From assembly GCA_046160825.1 (NCBI GenBank), contig JBJXHC010000037.1:4799-68798 (forward strand): a DNA stretch of 64,000 bases. Reading direction: 5' to 3'. Below, piece after piece: positions 9,540 to 18,220 of the stretch. The notes beneath the pieces were generated by a model. That model was not told the DNA's origin. It searched no databases and saw only the letters and a list, made by a program, of their open reading frames with translations. How positions within the stretch are numbered: the stretch's first letter is position 1; the number at the start of each line of letters is the position of its first letter. The translations under genes were made by a program, and so were the position numbers. This DNA is from Bacteroidota bacterium. Its GTDB lineage: Bacteria; Bacteroidota; Ignavibacteria; UBA10030; UBA6906.

Positions 9540-10523
9540 ATGAATCTCAATAGTCGATTCTCCCCATTTTTCTTGCTGGTTATGCTCTCGTGTACCGTAG
9601 CACAATCTCAAGACGCGTTCTTGCCCATCTCTACCTTCTCCATCGTCGCCCGCGATTCCATTACCGGTGAGCTGGGGATCGCCGTGGCGTCGCGTTTCTT
9701 TGCGGTTGGATCGGTGGTGCCGTGGGCCAAGGCCGATGTCGGTGCGGTGGCGACACAGTCTTATGCCAACACCTCATTCGGTTGGCGCGGGCTTGAGCTG
9801 CTTGAACGGGGAATGAGTCCGGGAGACGTGCAACGGGCATTGTTGGATGACGACCCGAACCCACAACGCCGGCAGTTCGGTATCGTGGCCGCGGATGGAA
9901 TGTCGGTGACATACACAGGATCAGATTGTGTTCCGTGGGCAGGCGGTCGCAAGGGACGGAACTACGCGGTGCAGGGAAACATCCTCGCGAGCGAAGCTGT
10001 CGTTGTCGCAATGGAGAGCACGTTTGTTCATACAAATGGAACATTGGCGGAGAGGATCTATGCCGCGCTGATAGCAGGAGAGAAAATGGGTGGCGACTCC
10101 CGTGGAAAGCAATCCGCCGCACTGATGGTTGTGAAGAAGAATGCCGGCTATGGTGGCTATACCGACCGCGCGATTGATATTCGCGTTGACGACCATGCCG
10201 AACCGTTTATCGAACTTGGCCGCCTGTTGAACTACGCGCAGATGAATTACGCCTGGAACGAAGGGTGGACACTGTTTCGAGCAAAGAAGCCGGCGGAAGC
10301 ATTGCCGCACATGGAGGTCGCCGTCAAGTATTCTCCAAACAACCCCGAGCTGATCTACGATCTTGCGGTCATTCATCTGGCGGCCGGAAATAAAGAACAG
10401 GCAATCAAAGCCCTTGAAGACGCAATCAAGCTCAACCCAAGTTTAAAAGCCCAGGCAAGGGGCGACAGCGACATGCAGAGACTCAAGGGCGATAAAACAT
10501 TTGAAGCCCTTGTAAAGGAATAA
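9540..10523 (+). CDS. DUF1028 (Ntn-hydrolase-like) domain protein fused to C-terminal TPR repeats
   Basis: Signal peptide, then 'FSIVARDSITGELGIAVASRFFAVGSVVPWAKADVGAVATQSYANTSFG', the characteristic DUF1028 N-terminus. C-terminal ~80 aa are TPR-like. Confidence 0.7.
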   Translation: MNLNSRFSPFFLLVMLSCTVAQSQDAFLPISTFSIVARDSITGELGIAVASRFFAVGSVVPWAKADVGAVATQSYANTSFGWRGLELLERGMSPGDVQRALLDDDPNPQRRQFGIVAADGMSVTYTGSDCVPWAGGRKGRNYAVQGNILASEAVVVAMESTFVHTNGTLAERIYAALIAGEKMGGDSRGKQSAALMVVKKNAGYGGYTDRAIDIRVDDHAEPFIELGRLLNYAQMNYAWNEGWTLFRAKKPAEALPHMEVAVKYSPNNPELIYDLAVIHLAAGNKEQAIKALEDAIKLNPSLKAQARGDSDMQRLKGDKTFEALVKE

Positions 10524-10561
10524 TCTTTTACAGTTATCTTGATTTCAGGAGAACCATCATC

Positions 10562-11437
10562 GTGCAATTGAACATCCAGGATGTTAGCAAGACGTACAGC
10601 GGAGGCGTTCATGCGTTGCGTGGACTGAACCTGCAAGTTGCGCCGGGTATTCTTGGTCTCCTTGGTCCGAATGGCGCAGGCAAATCTTCGCTGATGCGTA
10701 TTCTCGCCACCATCACCAAACCATCTGCAGGTACAGTACACTGGGACGAGATTGATATCGCCATAAATCCGGATCCCTTGCGCGAGGTGCTCGGTTATCT
10801 GCCGCAGGATTTCGGAGTCTATCCCAATCTCAACGCGGTGGAATTCCTCGAGTATATGGCGGCAATCAAAGGGCTGGTTGGAACCCGGCAACGAATTGAT
10901 GAATTGCTTGAGGTGGTTAATCTCACCGATGTCCGCAAGCGGCCGCTCGGCGGGTATTCCGGGGGAATGAAACAGAGGATTGGAATAGCGCAGGCTTTAT
11001 TGAACAACCCGCGCCTGTTGATTGTTGATGAACCGACGGCCGGACTCGATCCCGAAGAACGCGTCCGGTTCCGGACGCTTCTCTCCGATCTTGCCGGTGA
11101 ACGCATTATTATTCTCTCCACACATATCGTGTCTGATGTTGAAGCAACTGCTTCGAATATCGCCATTGTCTCTCACGGACAATTGCTCGCTCATGGCTCG
11201 CCGGAATCGTTGCTGCAACTGGTTGAAGGACGTGTATGGGAGTGGACGACGCAAAGCGCCGATCTTCCGGCACTCAAACAACGGTACACAATCAGTAGTG
11301 CTGTGCGCAGGAGCGACGGGATCAAAGTCCGGGCAGTAGCAGATGCAAAACCAACAGCAGACGCTCACGCCGTTTCCCCCGGATTGGAAGATGCATACCT
11401 CTCCGTTATCGCCACCGCGCGGCGTATTGCCGCATGA
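10562..11437 (+). CDS. ABC transporter ATP-binding protein
   Basis: GTG start per track. Walker A 'GLLGPNGAGKSSLMRIL', signature 'YSGGMKQRIGIAQAL', Walker B 'LLIVDEPTAGLD'. ATGA overlap with the downstream permease at 11434. Confidence 0.85.
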   Translation: MQLNIQDVSKTYSGGVHALRGLNLQVAPGILGLLGPNGAGKSSLMRILATITKPSAGTVHWDEIDIAINPDPLREVLGYLPQDFGVYPNLNAVEFLEYMAAIKGLVGTRQRIDELLEVVNLTDVRKRPLGGYSGGMKQRIGIAQALLNNPRLLIVDEPTAGLDPEERVRFRTLLSDLAGERIIILSTHIVSDVEATASNIAIVSHGQLLAHGSPESLLQLVEGRVWEWTTQSADLPALKQRYTISSAVRRSDGIKVRAVADAKPTADAHAVSPGLEDAYLSVIATARRIAA

Positions 11438-12996
11438 CCGGACACACGATCTATCATATCGTTCGTGCGGACTTCCTTGAACGGACGCGCCGCTTCAGTT
11501 TTCTCGCCACGCTCGGTCTCGCGATCTATCTCGGCTTTCTTGTCAACAACGGGACGATTGGCGTCTCGCTGGGAAAATACCGGGGGGAATTCAACGGCGC
11601 GTGGGTGGGAGCCATGATGTCCATCGTCGCCACGTTCTTTCTTTCGTGGTTCGGATTCTTCCTGGTGAAGAACAGCGTGCAACGCGACCGATCGACCGGT
11701 GTTGGCCAGATCATTGCCACAACGCCACTCGGAAAGTTACCATATGTTGCCGGCAAGACACTGAGTAACTTCGCTGTTCTCTCCGTCATGGTCGTGATAC
11801 TCATCCTCGCCGCTATCCTGTTGCTGCTCCTCGGTGACGCCCGCTCTGATTTCAATCTGTGGCAATTCGTAGCGCCGTTTCTTCTCCTCACAATTCCCTC
11901 GCTCGCGGTTGTTGCCGCTGTTGCAGTGCTGTTTGAGTGCATCGCGTTCTTGCGTGGTGGAATGGGCAATGTGGTCTTCTTCTTTGGATGGATGTCTATT
12001 CTTGTTTCGGGCATGGAGACCAGGTCCGACGTCTTGGATATCTCCGGGCTGCTGACTGTCAGCGAAAGCATGAAGGAGGCGGCTAACGCAGCTTTTGCCG
12101 ACTACGGCGATGGTTTCGTGCTGGGGAGTTCAGGCCATCCGGTGGAGGGCACGTTCTTATGGAATGGCATCGCATGGACAGGAGATCTCCTTCTCCGCAG
12201 ACTCGGTTGGGTTGGAGTGGCATGCTGTGTCGTCGGACTTGCATCACTCGTATTTACCCGGTTTGATCCGTCACGCGAAAAACTCATTGCAAGATCCCGC
12301 CGTGCAAAGAAACCCAGAGGCAGTGACGAAGCAGAGGCGGTGTCGTCACCCGCCCCCGTTCATCACCTAAGGTTGACATCTCTGCCAACACGTTCCAGAT
12401 TTGGAGCAATTGTTCTGGCTGAACTTCGCTTGATGCTGAAGGGCCTGCCCTGGTGGCGGTATGCCGGTGCGATGATTCTCGTTGTCGTGTGCTGCACCGT
12501 TCCTCTCAACGAAGCCCGGCAGTTCGCTTTACCGTTCGCCTGGATATGGCCGTTGTTGCTCTGGTCGTCCATGGGAACACGGGAGGAACAATTCCGCACA
12601 CATGAACTGGTTCGGTCCGCACCGCGATCTCTACAGAGACAACTTCCAGCGTTGTTGCTTGCCGGCGTTATCGTTGCTGCGATGACAGGTTCGGGAATCC
12701 TTGTCCGTCTGCTTGCCGATGGTGACCTTCCGGGAATTATGATGTGGAGTGTCGGCGTAGCGTTCATCCCATCGCTTGCCCTGGCGTCAGGAGTGTGGAG
12801 CGGCAGCGCACGGTTGTTCGAGGTGCTGTACATGGCAATGTGGTACGTCGGACCCCTGAGTAAGGCGGCAGAATTGGATTTCATCGGTGCGTTCGGTGTG
12901 ACGAACATACCGTCGCTTCCCATCATTTATGGCTGCGCAACGATTGTACTCTGCGTGCTGGCATTCGTTGGCCGGAAACATAAGATGATGGGGTGA
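11434..12996 (+). CDS. Large ABC-2 family transporter permease (apparently duplicated or fused membrane domain)
   Basis: 520 aa, many hydrophobic segments. Translationally coupled to the ABC ATPase. A central soluble linker is rich in R/K/S. Confidence 0.7.
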   Translation: MTGHTIYHIVRADFLERTRRFSFLATLGLAIYLGFLVNNGTIGVSLGKYRGEFNGAWVGAMMSIVATFFLSWFGFFLVKNSVQRDRSTGVGQIIATTPLGKLPYVAGKTLSNFAVLSVMVVILILAAILLLLLGDARSDFNLWQFVAPFLLLTIPSLAVVAAVAVLFECIAFLRGGMGNVVFFFGWMSILVSGMETRSDVLDISGLLTVSESMKEAANAAFADYGDGFVLGSSGHPVEGTFLWNGIAWTGDLLLRRLGWVGVACCVVGLASLVFTRFDPSREKLIARSRRAKKPRGSDEAEAVSSPAPVHHLRLTSLPTRSRFGAIVLAELRLMLKGLPWWRYAGAMILVVVCCTVPLNEARQFALPFAWIWPLLLWSSMGTREEQFRTHELVRSAPRSLQRQLPALLLAGVIVAAMTGSGILVRLLADGDLPGIMMWSVGVAFIPSLALASGVWSGSARLFEVLYMAMWYVGPLSKAAELDFIGAFGVTNIPSLPIIYGCATIVLCVLAFVGRKHKMMG

Positions 12997-13218
12997 TGGA
13001 GAACCCCTTCCCTGTGCTCATGGAAAACCGTTAGCCACCACCCTACGCTGACACAAAAATTCCGCATATGCTGCACATTGAATCTTTGCCACTGATTGCG
13101 CATCTTATGTCCGCCAACCGCACCTCCCTTGCTAAGCACGGTTGAAATATCGGGGTCAGGAACCAGCCTGAATAATCAGTAGGGCAATGGGATTCCTGTT
13201 TTTTGTGGAGATTGTTGC

Positions 13219-14724
13219 ATGTCGACGCCCCGATACAGTCCAAGTTACATTCTCATTCCCCTTCTCATTCTCTCAGTATTTGTAGCACTCGCAACTCTCA
13301 GTGAGAGCTTGATCCCGAACTTCGGCGTTCACTTCGTCGCTCAAGCCCGGGTAGTTGTCGCGTTGGCCGTTCAGGTTGGTATCTGGCTCTCTGCGGGCTG
13401 GATGCTTATACGGTGTATCAACTTCTTTCTCTGGGACAGGATTGTTGCACGTTCAATCGGTGGACGTGTCCCCGGTTTATTGAAGACCATCACCGCCTTT
13501 GCTATTGGCAGCATTGCAGTTGCCGGCGTTGTTGGTGTGGTGTTCGATCTTCCCGTCATGGGATTCTTTGCCACCTCCGGTGTTGTGGGTCTGGTGCTGG
13601 GCTTTGCACTACGCAACATGATCCAGGATGTTTTCACCGGTGTTGCGGTCAACCTCGATCGCTCATTCGCGATCAACGATTGGATTACCGTCCATTCAAA
13701 AGAGGGAGATGTGACCGGTCAGGTTACGGAAATCAACTGGCGCACAACATATATCAAGACGGAGAGCAACAGTATTGTAATTCTCCCGAATAGTTCGCTT
13801 GGACTCCTCACGGTGACCAACCACTGGAGCTCAGGTAAGGAATCGCGGTTCGAGGTCAAGTTCTGCCTGGATTTCTCCGTTCCCCCCAGGCGTGCTCAGC
13901 GTGTAATTGTCGGAGGTGTCAAGGCGATCGCGGGACGACACGGCATACTCGAAAGCCCTGAGCCTGCCGTGCTTCTTGGCGGGACGAGCGAGCTTGGCGT
14001 TGAGTACATCGCACGGTATTGGATCAAGGCGTGGGAAAACACTTCGCCAACTACCGCAAGACACCACGTTATTTCGAGTGTGATGGAGCATCTCCAGCAA
14101 TCCGGTCTTTCGCTTGCTTATCCCAAAGAGGACGTTTACTACGAGCGCATGCCGGCGCGCCAGCTTGATGCCGGCTCACTCACTGATCGCGAAAAGTTGC
14201 TGGCAACATTTCCACTATTCAAAATCCTCGGACCCGAAGATATTACATTCCTCGGCGGCCGGATGCGAGAGCATCACCATCGTAAGGGAGACGTGCTCTT
14301 CAAGAAGGGGGATGAAGGGAGTTCCATGCATGTTCTTTTTGAAGGCCTGCTGCATGTCCATGTCAATGGATCCTTGGATGAAAAGCATGTGGCACAATAC
14401 GAGCCCGGTCAGTTTTTCGGAGAGGTTTCCCTGCTTACCGGCGACGTCCGCGAGGCCACCCTCGTTGCAGCAACCGAAAGTGTTACGTACGAAATTACCA
14501 AAACCGATATGGAGTTGCTCTTTGAAAAACGCCCCAACCTCATCGAGGCACTCGCTGCCGCGTTGGTCGACAGACAAATGGATATCCACGAGACCGTGCA
14601 GAAGGCTCTCCACGCGGAAGTGAAGACCGAACAGCACCGCAGTCGCTCCAGCCAGATGCTTACCAAGATGAGGAGTATGTTCAGGGGCGTGTTCAAGTCG
14701 GAACCCGTCAACACTCCACAGTAG
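13219..14724 (+). CDS. MscS-family mechanosensitive channel fused to a C-terminal cyclic-nucleotide-binding domain
   Basis: MscS core 'DWITVHSKEGDVTGQVTEINWRTTYIKTESNSIVILPNSSL'. cNMP-binding domain 'FKILGPEDITFLGGRMREHHHRKGDVLFKKGDEGSSMHVLFEGLLHV...FGEVSLLTGDVREATLVAAT'. Confidence 0.8.
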   Translation: MSTPRYSPSYILIPLLILSVFVALATLSESLIPNFGVHFVAQARVVVALAVQVGIWLSAGWMLIRCINFFLWDRIVARSIGGRVPGLLKTITAFAIGSIAVAGVVGVVFDLPVMGFFATSGVVGLVLGFALRNMIQDVFTGVAVNLDRSFAINDWITVHSKEGDVTGQVTEINWRTTYIKTESNSIVILPNSSLGLLTVTNHWSSGKESRFEVKFCLDFSVPPRRAQRVIVGGVKAIAGRHGILESPEPAVLLGGTSELGVEYIARYWIKAWENTSPTTARHHVISSVMEHLQQSGLSLAYPKEDVYYERMPARQLDAGSLTDREKLLATFPLFKILGPEDITFLGGRMREHHHRKGDVLFKKGDEGSSMHVLFEGLLHVHVNGSLDEKHVAQYEPGQFFGEVSLLTGDVREATLVAATESVTYEITKTDMELLFEKRPNLIEALAAALVDRQMDIHETVQKALHAEVKTEQHRSRSSQMLTKMRSMFRGVFKSEPVNTPQ

Positions 14725-14827
14725 AAGGTTTGTTCTTCCTCCAATTCAGCGTTGGACTACCACTGAACCACCCCACCCTCAGTATTGAGTCCTACCCCAA
14801 TCATTCTTATATTTCCATTCAGATGGA

Positions 14828-15811
14828 TTGAGTTTTTCGGATAATAATGGACAAACGGAGCTGATTTCAATGGTTGAGAACAAAACCGACGAACAAAAGC
14901 TCGCCAACTTCGAGGCAAAGATCAATCGCGGCGAGAAGATCGAACCCGGCGATTGGATGCCGGAGGATTATCGGAAGAACCTCATCCGCATGATGAGCCA
15001 GCATGCACACAGCGAGATTGTGGGACAGCTTCCTGAAGGGAAGTGGATTCCATTTGCTCCGGGATTCCGTCGCAAGCTCACGCTGGTTGCCAAGGTGCAG
15101 GACGAGGCCGGCCACGGCCAGCTTCTCTACGCAGCGGCGGAGACACTCGGCGTTACCCGCGAGCAAATGCTCGATGATCTCCTGAGCGGCAAAGCAAAGT
15201 ATGCGAATGTTTTTAATTACCCGACGCCAACATGGGCGGACGTTGGGGTGATCGGTTGGCTTGTGGATACCGCCGCGGTCATCAACCAGACAATGCTTGC
15301 ACAAAGCTCGTATGGTCCGTACGGACGCGCGATGAAGCGCATCTGTTATGAAGAGTCGTTCCACATCAAGCAGGGATATGATTCCGTCGTCGTGCTTGCG
15401 AAGGGAGTGCCTGCACAGAAGGCAATGGTGCAGGATGCCGTCAACCGCTGGTGGTACCCGACGCTCATGATGTCCGGTCCGCCGGAGAGCAGGGGACTTT
15501 CGACACACTCACAGCTTGCGATGCGATGGAAGATCAAGACGAAGACCAACGAGCAGGTGCGGCAGGAGTTTGTGGACCACATCGTGCCGCAGATTCGCGC
15601 GCTCGGCTTGGATGTGCCCGACAAGGATTGCCGTTACGACGAGAAGACCGGCCACTGGCACTACACCCAACCCGACTGGGAAGAACTCAAGCGCGTTGTT
15701 AACGGCGATGGGCCGTGCAACAAGGAGCGGTTGGAAGTTCGCCGCAAAGCGCATGATGATGGTCGGTGGGTGAGAGAGGCGCTATCGCAGCATGTTAACA
15801 GGTTGTCCTGA
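14828..15811 (+). CDS. paaA: 1,2-phenylacetyl-CoA epoxidase subunit A
   Basis: Ferritin-like di-iron oxygenase. '[51 protein letters not shown]' and '[11 protein letters not shown]' match PaaA. Confidence 0.9.
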   Translation: MSFSDNNGQTELISMVENKTDEQKLANFEAKINRGEKIEPGDWMPEDYRKNLIRMMSQHAHSEIVGQLPEGKWIPFAPGFRRKLTLVAKVQDEAGHGQLLYAAAETLGVTREQMLDDLLSGKAKYANVFNYPTPTWADVGVIGWLVDTAAVINQTMLAQSSYGPYGRAMKRICYEESFHIKQGYDSVVVLAKGVPAQKAMVQDAVNRWWYPTLMMSGPPESRGLSTHSQLAMRWKIKTKTNEQVRQEFVDHIVPQIRALGLDVPDKDCRYDEKTGHWHYTQPDWEELKRVVNGDGPCNKERLEVRRKAHDDGRWVREALSQHVNRLS

Positions 15812-15825
15812 TACGATTCTGAATT

Positions 15826-16035
15826 ATGCCCTACTACGATGATGATGGAAATGAACTCAATCCGGATCTTGTTCCCAAACCAACACTATGTGTTGCCTGC
15901 ATGAACGATGACACAGAGGATAAGCATGAAAGAATCCTATGCAACCTCACAAGACTGGATCAAAGTGGAGATACGGAATTCAAGTGTTACGCGTTTGTAC
16001 CGAAGCGTCCGGCATCCACGAGGGATTCATGGTGA
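15826..16035 (+). CDS. Small Cys-containing hypothetical protein (possible Zn-ribbon)
   Basis: 69-aa ORF 14 nt after the paaA stop. Acidic N-terminus, Cys pattern CxxC...C...C ('CVAC', 'ILC', 'KCY'). No similarity recognised. Confidence 0.35.
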   Translation: MPYYDDDGNELNPDLVPKPTLCVACMNDDTEDKHERILCNLTRLDQSGDTEFKCYAFVPKRPASTRDSW

Positions 16036-16067
16036 GTCGTTGCTGATGTAAGAGAGGACACTGTTTT

Positions 16068-16310
16068 GTGCCAACGATACTCAGAGTCAAAGATTATCGG
16101 TTCTTCTTTTTCAGTCGTGAGGGTAATGAACCCGCCCATATACACATTGAACAAGCAGAGCGCTATGCAAAGTTCTGGTTGAATCCGGTTCAGTTGGCGG
16201 CATCGGAGGGATTTCGCAGTAGTGAGATTGCAGAGTTGAGGAAGTTGGTTCAAGAAAATAGAACTCTATTTGAGGAGAGATGGAATGAGTACTTTGGCAG
16301 TAAGGGTTGA
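16068..16310 (+). CDS. DUF4160-family small protein (toxin-antitoxin-like pair member)
   Basis: GTG start. 'MPTILRVKDYRFFFFSREGNEPAHIHIE' matches the DUF4160 N-terminal signature (MPT..R..G.RF.FYS.E...PHIH). Confidence 0.7.
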   Translation: MPTILRVKDYRFFFFSREGNEPAHIHIEQAERYAKFWLNPVQLAASEGFRSSEIAELRKLVQENRTLFEERWNEYFGSKG

Positions 16311-16527
16311 ATCAAGAATTATCGACTTGTCCTTTACCTCGAACGCTCTCAAAGTCGTGCTTGCAGACGGAAGGGAAGTTTCTGCACCGTTGGAATGGTT
16401 TCCCCGGTTGCGCGATGCGAGTGAACAACAGAGAAAAAACTGGCGCCTGATTGGTAGCGGGATCGGCATTCACTGGGAGGATGTTGACGAGGATATTTCC
16501 GTGAATAGTCTTCTGGCAGCAAACTAG
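16285..16527 (+). CDS. DUF2442-family small protein (partner of DUF4160)
   Basis: Start at ATG 16285 ('MSTLAVRV...'), overlapping the DUF4160 gene by 26 nt. 'WFPRLRDASEQQRKNWRLIGSGIGIHWEDVDEDIS' matches the DUF2442 C-terminal motif. Confidence 0.7.
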   Translation: MSTLAVRVESRIIDLSFTSNALKVVLADGREVSAPLEWFPRLRDASEQQRKNWRLIGSGIGIHWEDVDEDISVNSLLAAN

Positions 16528-17120
16528 TATTTCCATAGTAAAATTCGATAGGCGAGCGCGACACTGGAGGTGACAGGTGAAAAATTTCGCTTCGTTATCA
16601 CCCGAATCAACGGCAACAAACAAGGCATTTGACCTATTATGGCTACAAAACACACAATGCCCACGTTCTTGCAAGGCGTGATAACCGCTTAAGCATATGA
16701 ACGCTGGTTACGTCGAAAGGCGCATGCTCATGTTATCCGTGATCGAAAGCGCGAACGAAAGTGTACTGTATCGAACTACAAAGAAGCGATTCATGCCGCT
16801 GTACTTCTGTCACAAGGAAAGGATGCTTACACGGGGGAGACCCTCCACTGGAAGCTCATTAGCACATACAAAAACGAAGAATCTAAAAGGGAAGACACGC
16901 GTACAAAACCGGTTTTGCAATGTTGCCAACAGTAGATCACGTAACAGCAGAAGCGTCCGAAGCGAGCTTCAAAATTTGCTCCTGGCGCACGAATGATGCC
17001 AAGAACGATATGTCACTCGAAATGTTTTTGAAGTTATGTCAATTAGTACTCAAGCACGCCGGATATGATGTGAAGAAGAGTGCGTAAGACCTTTGGCTCT
17101 GATAGTTAAACTCAAACGAC

Positions 17121-17408
17121 ATGTCCGACACCCAGTGGGAAACATACGAAGTCTTTCATCAGAGTAAGAAGGGCGACCCGCATCAGTCCGTTGGCACTGT
17201 GCATGCGCCCGACCCTGAGATGGCGCTGCAGATGGCGCGTGACCAGTTTGCACGACGGCTCAAGTGCGTCAGCTTGTGGGTGGTGAGAACGAAAGACATC
17301 ACCGCAACCAACTACCAGGACGAAGACTTCTTTGCACAGACCACCGATAAAAGCTATCGCGACCCCAAGGCATTCGACGCGCCGATGAAAGACCTCTCGC
17401 ATGACTGA
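17121..17408 (+). CDS. paaB: 1,2-phenylacetyl-CoA epoxidase subunit B
   Basis: 95 aa. 'WETYEVFHQSKKGDPHQSVGTVHAPDPEMALQMARDQFARRLKCVSLWVV' matches PaaB. Confidence 0.85.
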   Translation: MSDTQWETYEVFHQSKKGDPHQSVGTVHAPDPEMALQMARDQFARRLKCVSLWVVRTKDITATNYQDEDFFAQTTDKSYRDPKAFDAPMKDLSHD

Positions 17409-18171
17409 GCTATCAAAAGGCACTCCACGGGAACCGCTTCTTCGTTTCATTCTCGCAATGGCCGACGATGAATTGATGCTCGGTCACCGCAACGCCGAGT
17501 GGACCGGACACTCGCCCATCCTCGAAGAAGACATCGCGTTCTCCAACATCGCACAGGATGAGCTTGGGCATTCGCTCGTCTGGTACACGCTGCACGAGGA
17601 GTATACAGGAAAATCTCCCGACAGCATGGCGTTTGAACGCGCATGGGGTGACTTTACATGCTGCCGGTTTGTTGCGTACCCCAAAGGCGATTTCGCGTAC
17701 ACGGTTGTTCGGCAATACCTGTTTGATGAAGCCGAACAGGTGCGACTGGCGTCGTTTGCCAAAAGTTCGTTCACACCATTCAAAGATATCGCCGGCAAAC
17801 TGTTGCGCGAGGAAGCGTATCATCTCATGCACCTAAAGGGGCTGGTAATGCGACTCGGCGATGCAACTGAGGAAAGTCACCGACGTATGCAGGCCGCATT
17901 GGACGTTGCGTTTCCGCAAGCGCTCGGCATGTTCGAAAAGGTCGAAGGCGAAGACGAACTGGTCAAGGCAGGAATCATCGCGGGTAATTCAACGTTTCAA
18001 GAAGAGTGGATGAGCAGGGTAAAGCCCGTTCTGTTATCGGCTGGCCTCAAGGTACCATTGTCACCCCATGCCGATCTCGGCGGACGTCAGCGCAAGCATA
18101 CGGAACACTTGAAGCAACTGGTGGATGATTTACAGTCGGTGTATAGGATTGCGCCGGAGGCGAAGTGGTAA
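17401..18171 (+). CDS. paaC: 1,2-phenylacetyl-CoA epoxidase subunit C
   Basis: 'LLRFILAMADDELMLGHRNAEWTGHSPILEEDIAFSNIAQDELGHSLVWY' matches PaaC. 8-nt ATGACTGA overlap with paaB. Confidence 0.85.
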   Translation: MTELSKGTPREPLLRFILAMADDELMLGHRNAEWTGHSPILEEDIAFSNIAQDELGHSLVWYTLHEEYTGKSPDSMAFERAWGDFTCCRFVAYPKGDFAYTVVRQYLFDEAEQVRLASFAKSSFTPFKDIAGKLLREEAYHLMHLKGLVMRLGDATEESHRRMQAALDVAFPQALGMFEKVEGEDELVKAGIIAGNSTFQEEWMSRVKPVLLSAGLKVPLSPHADLGGRQRKHTEHLKQLVDDLQSVYRIAPEAKW

Positions 18172-18220
18172 AGCATTGTATAATGACGGGCTCTCCCCCT
18201 GTTGAGCTAGTCGACAAGAC

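Noticed and set aside
16697-16996. 99-aa ORF in the paaA-paaB spacer
   Set aside because: K/R/S-rich low-complexity translation with no motif. It sits in the AT-rich remnant region and is treated as non-coding.
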